Shown in pieces: positions 24,865 to 38,055 of a stretch of 64,000 nucleotides of DNA. Positions within the stretch are counted from its first letter, which is position 1. Every line of letters starts with the position of its first letter. This stretch comes from Eledone cirrhosa (Eukaryota), in assembly GCA_964016885.1 (NCBI GenBank), contig OZ024766.1, positions 15,190,001 to 15,254,000 on the forward strand. Direction: 5' to 3'. Below the pieces are notes generated by a model. The model did not search any database. It had not been told where the DNA came from and was given only the letters and a program-made list of their open reading frames with translations. Position numbers and translations under genes: made by a program.

Positions 24865-27022
24865 CATCATCATCATCATCAACGTTTAACGTCCGTGTTC
24901 CACGCTTGCATGGGTTTGGACGGGGGTAGTCCCACTTGAGGCAAGAGTGATTGTCTTGCTCGCATAGGACTGTCTGGCAGGTTTTCTACAGTTGGATGCC
25001 CTTCCTAACACCAACCACATTTACAGTGTGGGTCTGGGAGGTTTTTACCGTGTTGCCTACACGGCCACATTACAGCGTGGACTGTGTGTTTTTTTGTCGT
25101 GACACCTACACGATCTCATTTGTTTCGGCCTGGATGGCGCGGCACCAACATAACTTTACATAGAACGGGGTGGTGTGGATGGGGTGGGGGTGGTGGTGGT
25201 GGGACGGGGTGTATTTTGTTAGAGATGCCTACTGGCTGGAGTAGGTTTTACTATATATTTAGGTAAGGCGGGTCTTCTCTGTTACTGAGTACCGCCAAAG
25301 GTCTCGGTCCAGTGACATTGTCTTGGAGAGGTGTAAGTGTGTGATGTCGGAGTTTATCAGCTCGTCCCAGGTTTTTCTAGGTCTGCCTATTCCGTGACTA
25401 CCGTCTATCTTTATTGCCCTGCACTTTGTTATACAGCTATCGACTTTCATGCGCATCACGTGTCCATACCAACGTAGCCTTCTCTCGAGTAAACAACATC
25501 TGATCCCTCTTATCTCTAATTTTTTCCTTAGTTCGTTTATGCTTTGCCGTTCACGTATATTACTGTTACACATCCAGCGGAGCATGCAAGCTTCGTTCCT
25601 CTCTAGTCTGCGTATATCCTCTGCACACAATGCCCAGGTCTCACTGCCATGCAACATTGCTGTTCGTATGCAGGCATCGTACAACCTGCCTTTCATTTTT
25701 AGGGAGAACCCTTTAGCAACTAATAGTGGTATAAGCTCTCTGAACTTTTTCCAACCAGTTCTGACTCTAGCTACAGTACTTTCAGAGCACCCTCCCCCAC
25801 TGCTGATTTTATCGCCCAGGTAACGGAAGCTGTCCACTATTTCTATAGAACCCTCTGCGCAATTGAAAGAGCTAGTATTTTGTGGGCACTTGCTGCTACT
25901 TATTGCACCAGAACACCGGCCACATGTAAAATCTATGTTCTTAGTTAGCTTACCTGTGATCCCACTACATCTTTTATGCACCCATACTTTGCATTTAGGA
26001 CATAAAATGGAGTTTCTACCTACGCCTTTCCTACACACCGAGCACGACCATTTCCCAGAAGGGACTGCCGCCTTGTTTTCTTTCCTACAAACTAGAACTT
26101 TGGTCTTAGCCAGGTTAATTTTAAGTCCTTTTGACTCTAGGCCGTGCTTCCATGTTTGGAATTTCTTCTCTAGCTCGGCCATTGATTCCGCTATGAGTGT
26201 CAGGTCGTCTGCGTATAGGAGTTCCCATGGGCAGCCTGTCTTGAACTCCTCTGTTATAGCCTGAAGGGCAATAATAAATAGTAGGGGGCTGAGAACAGAG
26301 CCCTGATGGACGCCAACTTTTACGCTAAACTCTTCACTATATTCGTTGTTAATTCTAACCTTGCTGACTGTTTCTTTATACATGGCTTGTATAGCCCTCA
26401 CAAGCCATTCGTCAACGCCTAGTTTTCTAAGAGCCCACCAGATAATGGAGCGGGGGACTCTGTCGAAGGCTTTCTCCAAGTCGACAAAAGCTAAGTAGAG
26501 CGGTTTACCTTTATCTAGGTACTTCTCCTGTAGTTGTCGTACTATGAAAAGAGCGTCTGTAGTACCTTTGCCTGACACAAACCCGAACTGCATTTCATCT
26601 AGGTCAATTCTCTCTCTGATTAGTTGCGCTATTACTTTTTCCGTGACCTTCATGACCTGGTCGATTAATTTAATGCCTCTATAGTTACTCCTATCTAGGG
26701 CGTCTCCTTTATCCTTATAACAGTTAACGATGATGCTGCTATGCCAGTCCTTCGGAACAACCCCATTCTGTACGACTTGGTTAACTATGCAGGTGACCAT
26801 GGTGTGTCCCACCGTGCCAGATGCCTTCAGCATCTCAGCAACTATTTCCGAAGGCCCAGCCGCCTTACCCGTCTTCATATCCTTGATTGCCTTACTTATT
26901 ATACTCCCCTCGACTAACACTGCTGGTCCCTCTATTGGGTCGATATGGGGGAGACTGTCTTTCTCCCATTTATTCTCCTCATTTAGTAGCCTTTCATAGT
27001 GACACTTCCAAGCTACCTTCAT
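24865..27022 (-). mobile_element. 5'-truncated RTE LINE with 3'UTR and (GAT)n tail
   Basis: Contains the open RT ORF 25259-27022. Its 3' tail is nearly duplicated at 22897-23076. Confidence 0.92.
25259..27022 (-). CDS. RTE reverse transcriptase (uninterrupted 587-aa partial ORF) with an embedded PHD-like finger
   Basis: NYRGIKL, QFGF, DLEKAFDRVP, GVHQGSVLSP, YADD, C4HC3 finger, FRYLG, GRPRKTW. Confidence 0.88.
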   Translation of the reverse strand: MKVAWKCHYERLLNEENKWEKDSLPHIDPIEGPAVLVEGSIISKAIKDMKTGKAAGPSEIVAEMLKASGTVGHTMVTCIVNQVVQNGVVPKDWHSSIIVNCYKDKGDALDRSNYRGIKLIDQVMKVTEKVIAQLIRERIDLDEMQFGFVSGKGTTDALFIVRQLQEKYLDKGKPLYLAFVDLEKAFDRVPRSIIWWALRKLGVDEWLVRAIQAMYKETVSKVRINNEYSEEFSVKVGVHQGSVLSPLLFIIALQAITEEFKTGCPWELLYADDLTLIAESMAELEKKFQTWKHGLESKGLKINLAKTKVLVCRKENKAAVPSGKWSCSVCRKGVGRNSILCPKCKVWVHKRCSGITGKLTKNIDFTCGRCSGAISSSKCPQNTSSFNCAEGSIEIVDSFRYLGDKISSGGGCSESTVARVRTGWKKFRELIPLLVAKGFSLKMKGRLYDACIRTAMLHGSETWALCAEDIRRLERNEACMLRWMCNSNIRERQSINELRKKLEIRGIRCCLLERRLRWYGHVMRMKVDSCITKCRAIKIDGSHGIGRPRKTWDELINSDITHLHLSKTMSLDRDLWRYSVTEKTRLT

Positions 27023-27139
27023 ATATATATATATTTCTCACTCTTAGTGCGGCTGTTACTTAAATATAAGTATGTATACGTACATACATATATGTATACA
27101 GGCGTACAGTAGTATGTATATATATATATACATACATGC

Positions 27140-30100
27140 ACACATATATATATGTACGTATGGCACTCAATGACAATGTCACAGATAAAGACAAATTCAC
27201 CTCCTGCTGCAAGACGAGAATACAAGGACCCCTCTTTATTTCAGACACAGATGACCAACAAAATCCCGTCTCCCACACCCCTCCCTGTCCCTCCAACCCA
27301 TCCATCCCACCCTCCCAACTTCAGAGTTGGTACCATGAACGTAGGCACATTGAAAGGTCGCTCAAATGAGGTTGTAGAGATGCTTGCACGTAAAGAAGTT
27401 GATGTTTGTTGTATTCAAGAGGCTAGGTGGAGAGGGGGATCTGCCAGATTCATCGTGGGTAAAAAACGATGCTATAAACTTTTCTGGGTGGGAAATGACA
27501 ACAGACAGGGTAGTGTAGGAAATATGTTAGCTGAAAAATGGGTAGATAAGGTAATGACGTAAATATAGTGAATGACAGAATAATTGAATTAAGACTAGTT
27601 CTAAATAGAATTACTGTGACAATAATATCCGCTTATGCACCCCAATCTGGTCTACCTGATGTTATAAAGGACAGGTTCTATTAGATGCTAATGCACACTA
27701 CCTCCCAAATAACCGAAAGTGACTACTTAATTATTGCTAGCGATCTAAACAGTCACGTTGGACAACATAGTGATGGCTATGATGGAATTCATGGAGGCTA
27801 TGGGGTTGGAAATAGAAATGAGGAGGGTTTCAGAATCCTGGAATTCTGTGATGCAAATAGCCTAACTATATGTAACACAAACTTCAAAAAACGTGAAAAC
27901 CACTTGATCACCTATAGATCAGGGGAACACGCCAGCCAGATAGATTATATCCTTACTAGAAGACGGGACAAAATGTCTGTTGTAAACTCTAAATCCCTCC
28001 CCCGTGAAGAATGCCCCTCCCAACATCGCCTAGTAGTTAGTGACCTCATAGTCAGGAATAGACGTACTCGACTACAGAGGAGGCCTACCTTGAGGAGAAG
28101 AATATGGAAGTTGAAGGACCCCATAGCCAGTGACAAATTTAAAAGCTTATTATTTGTTGCCTTTGACAATAAGGAAGAGCAATTAGAGACGTGCAATAGA
28201 GAGGAACAGTGGCAATTCTTGAAAGTGAACCTGCTGAAAGCAACGGATGAAATCTGTGGCTGGAGCAGACCTATTGGCAGGAGGAGAGTAACTTGGTGGT
28301 GGAACAGTGAGGTGGAAGAGACAATCAAGGGCAAAAAGCAGGCTTGGAAAGAATGGCAGGACGGGGGAAGTAGAGAGCACTATCAAGTGGCCAGGAGAGA
28401 AGCTAGGAGACAAGTGTACCTTGCAAAAAGGGTAGCAGAGGATAGAAAGTTCAAGCATGTTCTGCAACGTGAGGACCAAAAACGTGAGGTGTTCAGGATT
28501 GCTAGACAATGTGTCAAGGAAAACCGTGATATTGTCGGGGAGAAGTGTGTCCGTAATGATAATGGTGTACTTGCGCTCACTGATACTGATAAGCCTGGAA
28601 GTGGCACTACGAGAGACTATTAAATGAGAAGAATAAATGGGAAAAAGATAGTCTGCCCCAAATCGATCATAGGTGCAAGGTAAAGGTAGTATAATAAGTA
28701 AGGCAATCAAAGATATGAAGACAGGCAAGGCAGCTGGGCCTTCGGAGGTAGTTGCTAAGATGTTGAAGGCATCTGGTATGGCGGGACACACTATGGTCAC
28801 CCGTATAGTTAACCAAGTAATACAGAATGGGGTCATACCGAAAGACTGGCGTAGCAGCATCATCATTAACTGCTACAAGGGTAAAGGGGATGCTCTAGAT
28901 AGGGGAAACTATAGAGGCATTAAGTTAGTTGACCAGGTCATGAAGGTCACAGAAAGAGTAATAGCGCAACTAATCAGAGAGCGAATTGATCTAGATGAAA
29001 TGCAGTTTGGGTTTGTGTCAGGTAAAAGTACCACAGACGCTCTTTTCCTTGTACGACAACTACAAGAGAAGTACCTAGCTAAAAGAAAACCCCTCTACTT
29101 AGCTTTTGTAGACCTGGAGAAAGCTTTTGACAGAGTCCCCCGCTCCATTATCTGGTGGGCTCTTAGAAAACTAGATGTAGATGAATGGCTGGTGAGAGCT
29201 ATACAAGCTATGTATAATGAAACAGTCAGTAAGGTTAGAATTAACAATGAATATTGTGAAGAATTTAGTGTAAAAGTTGGCGTTCATCAAGGCTCTGTCC
29301 TTAGCCCCCTCTTATTTATTATTGCCCTTCAGGCTATAACAGAGGAGTTCAAGACCCGCTGCCCATGGGAACTCCTATACGCATATGATCTAACGCTCAT
29401 AGTTGAATCAATGGCTGAACTAGAGAAGAAATTCGAAACATGGAAGCATGGCCTAGAATCAAAAGGCCATAAAGTTAACTTGTCTAAGACTAAAGTTCTA
29501 GTTTGTAGAAAGGAAAATAGGGCACAGGTGCCCTCAAGGAAATGGCCATGCTCAGTGTGTAGGAAAGGAGTAGGCAGAAATTCCATTTTATGTCCCAAAT
29601 GCAAAGTATGGGTGCATAAAAGATGTAGTGGGATCACAGGTAAACTATCTAAGAACGTAGACTTTATATGTGGCCAATGCTCAGGTGCAATAAGTAGCAA
29701 GTGTCCAAAGGATACTAGCTCCTTCCATTGCCCAGATGGTTCTATAGAAAAAGCAGACACTTTCCATTACCTGAGTGACGAAATCAACAGTGGTGGAGGG
29801 TGTTCTGAAAGTACAGTAGCCAGAGTCAGAACGGGATGGAAAAAGTTCAGAGCGCTTATACTGCTGTTGGCCACAAAAGGTTTCTCTCTAAAAATGAAAG
29901 GCAGATTGTATGATGCCTGTATACAAACAGCAATGCTACATGGCAGTGAGGCATGGGCATTACCTGCAGAGGACCTGTGTAGGCTGGAAAGGAACGAAGC
30001 ATGCATGCTCCGTTGGATGTGTAATAGTAATATACGTGAACGGCAAAGCATAAATGAACTAAGTTAGAAATTAGGAATAAGAGGGATCAGATGCTGTTTA

Positions 30101-30700
30101 CTTGAGAGAAGACTACATTGGTATGGCCATGTGATGCGCATGAAAGACGACAGTTGTATAAAAAAGTGCAGGGCGATCAAAATTGATGGTAGTTACGGAG
30201 TAGGTAGACCCAGAAAAACCTGGGATGATCTGATAAATTCTGACCTCACACACTTACATCTCTCTAAGACAATGTCTCTGGACTGAGATCTTTGGTGCTA
30301 TGCAGTAATACAGAAGACCCGCCTTGCCTATGTACAAAGCGAAACCTACAGTCAGTAGGCACCTCTTAACCAAATATACATCCCAATAAACTACCCCTAC
30401 CCTATCCTCCCACTCCCACCAACAGCATGAGAAAATGAAATCGAGTTTGTGTAGGTGTCACGGAAAAAAAAACACACACAGTCCACGCTGTAATGTGGTC
30501 GTGTAGGTAACACGGTAAAAAGTTCCCAGTTCCACACTGTAAATGTGGTTGGTGTTAGGAAGGGCAGCCAGCCGTAGAAAACCTGCCAGATAGTTCTATA
30601 TGAGTGAGACACGGTCACCCGACCAGCCTTGCCTCAACTCCCGTCTAACCCATGCTAGCGTGGGAAATGGACGTTAAACGAAGATGATGATGATGATGAT
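27140..30700 (+). mobile_element. Near full-length RTE LINE, inactivated (APE endonuclease + RT, with stops and frameshifts)
   Basis: GTMNVGTL, CIQE, SQIDYIL and SQHRLVV endonuclease motifs. RT at 28673-30330 has YAYD in place of YADD. (GAT)n tail at ~30683-30700. Confidence 0.92.
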
Positions 30701-31234
30701 ATATATAGGAAAATGTATGACCCCGACAGTAGAGCTCAAGCCGTTTCGACGGCTATTTCTGGACTAAATTAGAATTTTTAGCCTGGTAAATAAATAGCCG
30801 AACTTTTCAAGGGGTACTTCCTTATATGGGAAGATTGTAGCTGTCAAGAGGATTGGTCAAAAATTCCTGGTAAACACAATTAAGTCTATCATGGCAGTGG
30901 GTGGGAGGTGGGGATGGCTGAACTTGCCTGTAGAGCAATGAGGGAGTGGTGGAGCCGGTCAAGCGTTGAAAGTGAAATCTAAACAGCAAATTCTAAGGAT
31001 TGTGTATGAAAGTAGGCCAACTTTCATACTTTCCACCATGGCGATTGGACTGCATACCCTGCTTTCCAGGTTACTCTTTGCCACTGATATATATATATTT
31101 ATATATTGAGTACTCTGGTGCATTATGGTCCTTCTGGTTCCTTACCACACCTCCTTTGTTATATATATACAACGGCGGCAAAGATTGGAAACCGAATCTG
31201 AGCTTTCCCGGCTCTGGGACAAGCTGTGGTAAGT

Positions 31235-34200
31235 TGTTTACGCTCAAGAGACTAACCCCTTGGGAGAGGCTAAACACAGGTCAGAGGTGTTTACGCCTGA
31301 CAGAAAAGGTCAGAGAATATATCCATCTTTCTGAGTTGTTTACGCTTGGCAAACTAATCCCTTGGGAGACTCTAACCAAAGTTCAGAGGATATATCTATC
31401 CTTCTAACTTCAACTCTTATAAATACAGGGGTTGTTTACGCCCCGACAGAAAAGAAGTGATATACAGACAACACAAGTGGCCTTTACAAGCTCTCGTCAC
31501 GAAATACACCAGTCCGTCACTAATTTCCTCTCCTGCCTGGCTGATCGATACAACCACATATTCCGTTACAACTGGTGACCCCGTAAAACAGACACACAAC
31601 TTCTGATCATCCACTACAAACGATGTCTCTAGCACACGACGATTCATCTACGGCAGAAATGGCAGTGAGGGCGGCATTTACATTAAGAATTCCACCATTC
31701 TGGGTGCACGATCTAACACTGTGGTTCGCGCACATCCAAGCGCAGTTCGCATAATAACACACGGCCCACCTGTCGCTGCACGACCTAGAAGGCTACCACC
31801 AGACCGGCTGAAGTCCGTCAAACAAGAATTTCAGCACATGCTGGATATCGGCATCATACGTCCGTCCAGCAGCAACTGGTCCTCACCCATACACTGTGTA
31901 CCCAAGAAGTCGTCGAACGACTGGCGAATCTGTGGCGACTACCGTGCACTGAACAACTGCACCGTTCCTAACTCTTATCCAGTGCCTCATCTACAGGACT
32001 TCTCTAGCTCGCTGCACGGGGCTCGCATATTTTCGAAGATCGATCTTGTGCGAGCTTACAATCAGATACCCGTTGAGCCCGCAGATATTCCAAAGACCGC
32101 CGTCACAACACCCTTTGGAATGTTCGAATTTCTGCGTATGCCTTTCGGTTTGCGAAATGCAGCGCAGACATTCCAGCGATTCATCGATACAGTCACCAGG
32201 GGTCTACCTTTTGTATACGCATACATTGACAACTTACTGGTGGCCAGCAGCTCCGATGAAGCACATGAGAAACACCTGGATCTCCTATTCACACGTTTGC
32301 GTGAATATGGAATTGTTATCAACCCCAGCAAATGTGAGTTCGGAGTTGCGTCCCTTCATTTTCTGGGACACATCATTGACAAAGATGGTATTCGCCCACT
32401 TAAGGAGAAATTCAAATCCATCATTGATTTTCCACAACCTATATCTCTCCGCAAACTGCGAGAATTTCTTGGCCTGGTAAACTTCTACAGAAGATGTATA
32501 CCCCACTGTGCAGAGACAGCCCAACCACTCACAGATTTGCTGCGGCAGCGTACAACCAAAAACGCAAACATCAAGCTCAGCGAAAAAGAATATACCGCTT
32601 TCGCTGAGTTGAAGAAAATGTTGTCCGAGGCTACAATGCTGAGTTACCCCAAACCTGACGCCCCAATGTGTTTATTGACTGATGCATCCGATTTCGGAGT
32701 TGGAGGTGTGCTTCAACAACTCTCTGGCGATATTTGGCGACCTGTATCTTTTTTCTCTAAGCAATTAAAACCCGCCGAAACTAAGTATAGCACATTTAGT
32801 CGTGAATTATTGGCAGCATACCTTGCTGTCAAGCATTTTTGACACATGTTAAAAGGTCGTGTGTTCTCTATATACACCGACCACAAACCACTAGTGTACG
32901 CGTTCAATGCCAAGCCTGACCGACACTCACCCAGGGAGGTCCGACATCTGGACTTCATTTCTCAGTACACTACTGATATTCGGTACATTAAGGGTGCCAC
33001 CAACTCAGCAGCTTATGCCCTATCGCGCATGGAGCTTAACGCAATCCACACCACTGCCACTATCGACCACCAGAAGATTGCAGCGGATCAACAGAATGAC
33101 GAGGAACTGCTGCAACTCCGGAAATCATCCTTGAAATTGAAGGAATGCCTGCTGCCCTCTTCTTCGGGTTATATTTGGTGTGACATCTCCACAGGCCGCG
33201 AGCGCCCATACGTGCCCCGGAAACATCGACGCGACTTTTTCTCGACACTGCATGCTCTGGTACATCCTGGCGTCCGCGCCACGCAGAAACTGATGGTTGC
33301 CCGCTTTGTGTGGCCCAACATCAACAAGGACACCCGCGAATGGGCTAGGAACTGCATCGCGTGCCAGAAGGCGAAAATTCACCGGCACATCAAAGCCCCG
33401 ATCGCTTCTTTCGCAACACCTGATGCACGGTTCCAACATGTGCATATAGACATAGTTGGACCTTTGCCTCCTTCTCAAAACTACACTCATCTTCTCACCT
33501 GTGTCGACCGATTTTCTCGCTGGCCAGAAGCTTTTCCCCTGACGGATATTACTGCGGAAACTGTCGCCAAAACGTTAGTGTTTCACTGGGTTTCACGTTT
33601 CGGCACACCCGCGACCATCACTACGGATAGAGGACGTCAGTTCGATTCGAATCTATTTACCGAGCTGACTCGTCTCCTCGGGTGCAAACACATCCGTACA
33701 ACAGCGTATCACCCTGCCGCTAACAGCATGGTAGAACGCTTACACCGCCAGCTAAAATCATCTATCAAGGCTTACGAAGACTCCACTAACTGGTTCGAAT
33801 ACCTCCCACTCATTCTTCTTGGTATTCGTTCCACTGTTAAAGAGGGAGTCGGACATTCTCCGGCTGAAATGGTGTATGGCACCGTACTCACTCTACCCGG
33901 ACAAATGATCACTCCTGTTTCGCCACAAGAACTTCCAGACCCTACAAAATATGTGCACCGTTTACGGTCATCAATGTCGCATCTGTCTCCTTCAGCCCCT
34001 AAACAGCACGTTACTTCACACATACCAAAAGACATCGATACATGGACGCATGTTTTCGTTAGAAATGACGGTATTCCATCGCAACTTCGTCCGCCGTATT
34101 CCGTCCGGGCCCTACAAGGTGATACAGAAATGCCCTAAGTATTTCGTCCTCGACTTGAATGGGAAGCGAAATACCGTCTCCATTGATCGTTTAAAAAAAG

Positions 34201-35394
34201 CGTTCATAGAACAGGAATTGCCACCAGTACCCACCGTTTCTCCAGCAGACTCACCAACAATTTTGCCCGACACAAACACGGAAAATTCTGCACACCAAAT
34301 CCGGAAGAACAGTCCGATGGCCCACGCCATGGGATACGTACAAGTTTATCGGGTAAGTACAAATTATGCATCTGGTCGACATTTTGGCTAATTTGTACAT
34401 TTCAACGAATCGGCCAATTTCTGTGGTCATGAACTATTGCTACACACAAATCAATTAACTCTGTGCATCACCCACATCAAAAGAACAGACAAAAGAACAT
34501 TTTTCTGTTTCTATGAAATGAACAAACTTTTAATCAACAAACTTTTCGTACGAACATTTTCAATATTATGTAACATCACAGTACATTTTCCTGAATGTAA
34601 ATTTCTTTTGCTTTGCATGTTTTCTTCCATGTCTCCTGTTTGTAAATGACTTTCATGTGTTTTTTTATTTTTACTGATTTTCTTCAACAACACACCTAGT
34701 CATACCTATCTTTATTTCACATGCACCTAGATCGTTCAATCTTAACTTGTTTACGCTCAAGAGACTAATCCCTTGGGAGAGGCTAAACGCAGATCAGAGG
34801 TGTTTACGCCTGACAGAAAATAGGTCAGAGGATATATCCATCTTTATGACTTGTTTACGCTTGTCAAACTAATCCCTTGGGAGAGTAACCAAAGTTTAGA
34901 GGATATATCTATCCTTCTAAATTCTACTCTTATAAAGACAGGGATTGTTTACGCCAAAAACAGAAAAGAAGTGGGATACAGACAAGACAAGACGTTTTAC
35001 AAGCTCTCGTCACGAAAAACCAGTCTATCACTTATTCTCACCTTCCTGGCTGATCGCTGACTCCTGCAATACAAATAAGTAACTATACTGATACGGCGCA
35101 CACACGCATTCATAGTGAGTCCAGCATTTGTACACGTATCATTCATTTCTGTTTACACGTATTATAATCGTATTCTGTGATATTTGAATTTACGTGGCTC
35201 GAAGAGCCACCAAATTATTGTATGAATATTTTGTGTCAATTATTTTATCATTCAATATTCAAATTGAATATTGTTGTAATAAAATAAACTTTGTAACAAC
35301 ACTCCTGGTATTTTTCTTTACACCGAAACCACCATACCAACAGTTACATCCATCCATCCACTTGTCGTTAAAACCACACATAATATTCCGTTAC
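31235..35394 (+). mobile_element. Ty3/Gypsy LTR retrotransposon, internally deleted
   Basis: LTR-like direct repeats 31235-31570 and 34748-35394 both end in ttccgttaca. PBS TGGTGACCCCG (tRNA-Trp type) at 31573. The exact LTR starts are uncertain. Confidence 0.88.
31659..34230 (+). pseudogene. Gypsy gag stub + pol (RT, RNase H, integrase)
   Basis: The gag start [18 protein letters not shown] is fused to the RT leader. Motifs DYRALN, MPFGL, YIDN (from YIDD), TDASD, integrase HH-CC and DD35E are present. TGA at 32840 and a frameshift before GPY at ~34100. Confidence 0.9.
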
Positions 35395-35534
35395 ACCTCC
35401 GTCTATATTTCAACCACTGGAACAACCTCACACAAGAAACAGTTGTCGCACCCTCAGTCAACATTTTAATGTCAAACATCGAAATAAATGTTATGAGTGT
35501 ATATAGATAGATGTATATTGTGTGTGTATATATA

Positions 35535-35700
35535 CAGTAATCCCCCGCTATATTGCGGTTCACTTTTCGCGGTCCCGTTACATCGCGGATATTTCTTTGG
35601 AACGTATCTAATTTCCTATCGCGGTAATCCTCGCCACATCGCGGATTATTCGTTAGAACATATCTATTTTCTTATCGCGGTACGTCTGAGTAAAAAGTGT
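35535..35700 (+). mobile_element. Tigger/pogo-like DNA transposon end
   Basis: TA|cagtaatcccccgctatattgcgg followed by repeated tcgcgg motifs. The other end was not found. Confidence 0.5.
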
Positions 35701-36134
35701 TTAAAATTTAAACTTATTAAATAAGTTTCGATGTTATTAAAGAGTATATCGTAAGGAAGGGACATCTTAAGGCTTTAATTATGAACAAATTTTTATATTT
35801 TCATTCCATTATTGTTTTACTGATTGTGTTTTGCTCTAATCTACTACAAACAATTCATAGATTGGTCTCTCTGTAACATGGTTGTTTCTGGAACGTATCA
35901 TGGCTTAGTGGTTAAAGCATTGGGCTTGCAATCTAAAGGTTGTGAGTTTGATTCTCGGACAGGGTGTTGTGTTGTGTCCTTGAGCAAGACACTTTATTTC
36001 ACGTTACTCCAGTTTACTCAGCTGTAGAAATGAGTTGTGATGTCACTGGTGCCAAGCTATATCAGTCATAACCTTTCTCTTGGACATATATATAGTGTAT
36101 ATATACTGTACACAGTGTATATATATCTATATCA

Positions 36135-37740
36135 TCATCACTGTTTTACGTCCCTTCTTCCATGGTAGTATGGGTTAGACAGGTTGTCCTGTTGTGGGCA
36201 GTGCCAGATAGGGTGACCTTGTCTTGCTCAGATGGGAACCGATTTTGGCTTGATTTCTACAGCTGGATGCCCTTCCTAACACCAACCTCACAGTGAGTGA
36301 TGGGTGTTTTTTTGTTGTGACACCTCCACGGCCACTTTACAGTGGGAGGGGGTGGGGCATATTGTCTATGTGCTTCAGCGTGTACCCAGGGGCTACAACA
36401 CAACCTCCTCTGCTGCACGCAGCATTTGATTCCTCTTATGTTCAGTCTCTCTCTCAATTTGTTAATGCTTTACCGTTCGCGTATATTACTATTACACGTC
36501 CATCGGAGCATGCAAGCTTCGTTTCTTTCTAATCTACGCAAGTCTTCTACAGACAGTGCCCAGGTCTCACTACCATGTAGCATTGCTGTTCGTATGCACG
36601 TATCATACTGTCTGCCTTTCATTTTGAGGGAAAAGCCTTTTGCAGCTAGCAGTGGCAGTAGCTCCCTAAACTTCTTCAATCCTGTTACTGTACTTTCAGA
36701 ACACCCACCTCCGCTGCTCCTTTCGTCACCTAGGTAGCAAAAGCAGTCTACTGTTTCTACAGATCTCTCCCAGAGTTTGGTGGTGCTTGTTTCTTTAGTT
36801 CTGCCATAGATTCAGCTATAAGTGTAAGATCATCCGCATATAGGAGTTCCTATGGGCATCAGGTCTTAAACTCCTCTGTTATAGCCTGCAATACTATTAT
36901 AAACAGAAGAAGGTTAAGAACAGAGCCCTGGTGGACACCGACCTGTATGCTAGATTCCTCGCTATAGTAATTGTTAACTCTAACTTTGCTGACTGCTCCC
37001 CTATACATGGCTTGTACAGCTTTCACAAGCCACTAATCTACTCTTAGTTTTCTAAGAGCCCACCAGATTATAGCACGGAGCACTCTGTTGAAGAATTTTT
37101 CCATATCGACAAGAGCCAGGTAGAGCGGCTTGCTTTTAGCTAGGTACTTTACCTGTAACTGCCTCACAAGGAAGAGAGCATCAGTGGTGCTTTTTCCTGG
37201 CACAAGCCCAAACTGCATCTCACCTAGTTTTACCCACTCCCTGATCAACTGTGCTATGACTCTTTCCATTACTTTCATGACCTGGTCCATCAGCTTTATA
37301 TCTCTATAGTTTATTCTATCTAGTGCATCTACTTTACCCTTGTAGCAGTTGACGATGATGCTGCTGCACCAATCCTTTGGTATGACACCCTCTAGTATTA
37401 CCTGGTTAACAATATGTGTGGTTATTACTTTATCTACCGATTTGTCAGCTAATAGTATACCTACACCACCCATCCCATTGTCATTTCCCACCCAGAAAAA
37501 TTTATAGCACTAACTTTTGCCTACAAGGACTCTAGCGAACTCTCCTCTCCACCTAGTCTCTTGCACACAGCATACGTCAATATCCTTTCACTCTAGCATG
37601 TCTATAATTTCTCCTTCCCTTCCTTTCATTGTGCTTATGTTGATGCTGCCGACTCAGAGTTTTGGACATTTGCCATCATTTGTGGGAAAAGGTGAATTTT
37701 TGCAGGGGAGTGTGTATGCTTCCTGTCTCTGAATTAAAGC
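36135..37740 (-). mobile_element. Multiply deleted RTE LINE
   Basis: The endonuclease start is joined to RT (ORF 37033-37491), followed by further RT pieces at 36470-36679 and the 3'UTR. Confidence 0.85.
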
Positions 37741-37850
37741 TTTGCATGGGTGCTTGGTAACTCGCAGATTCATATTCATTTATTTATTCGGGGTTGTTCC
37801 ATTTATCCTTCGCTCCTCCATACATAACAGTAATCAAGTATACTTTGGTG

Positions 37851-38055
37851 CAGGGCTAGAAGGACAGTAGTAATAATGGCAGAGTTTGTTGGGGCTGGTA
37901 AGGGCTAGAAGGACAGTAGTAATAATGGCAGAGTTTGTTGGGGCTGGTAAGGGCTAGAAGGACAGTAGTAGTAATGGCAGAGTTTGTTGGGGCTGGTAAC
38001 GGCTAGAAGGACAGTAGTAATAATGGCAAAGTTTGTTGGGGATGGTAATGGGTAA
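37851..38055. repeat. 51-bp tandem repeat, ~4 copies
   Basis: agggctagaaggacagtagtaataatggcagagtttgttggggctggta-type unit. Confidence 0.85.

Noticed and set aside
25259-30330. Twin-priming inversion of a single RTE insertion
   Set aside because: The two arms overlap in content, differ at many sites and each has its own 3' tail, so they are separate insertions.
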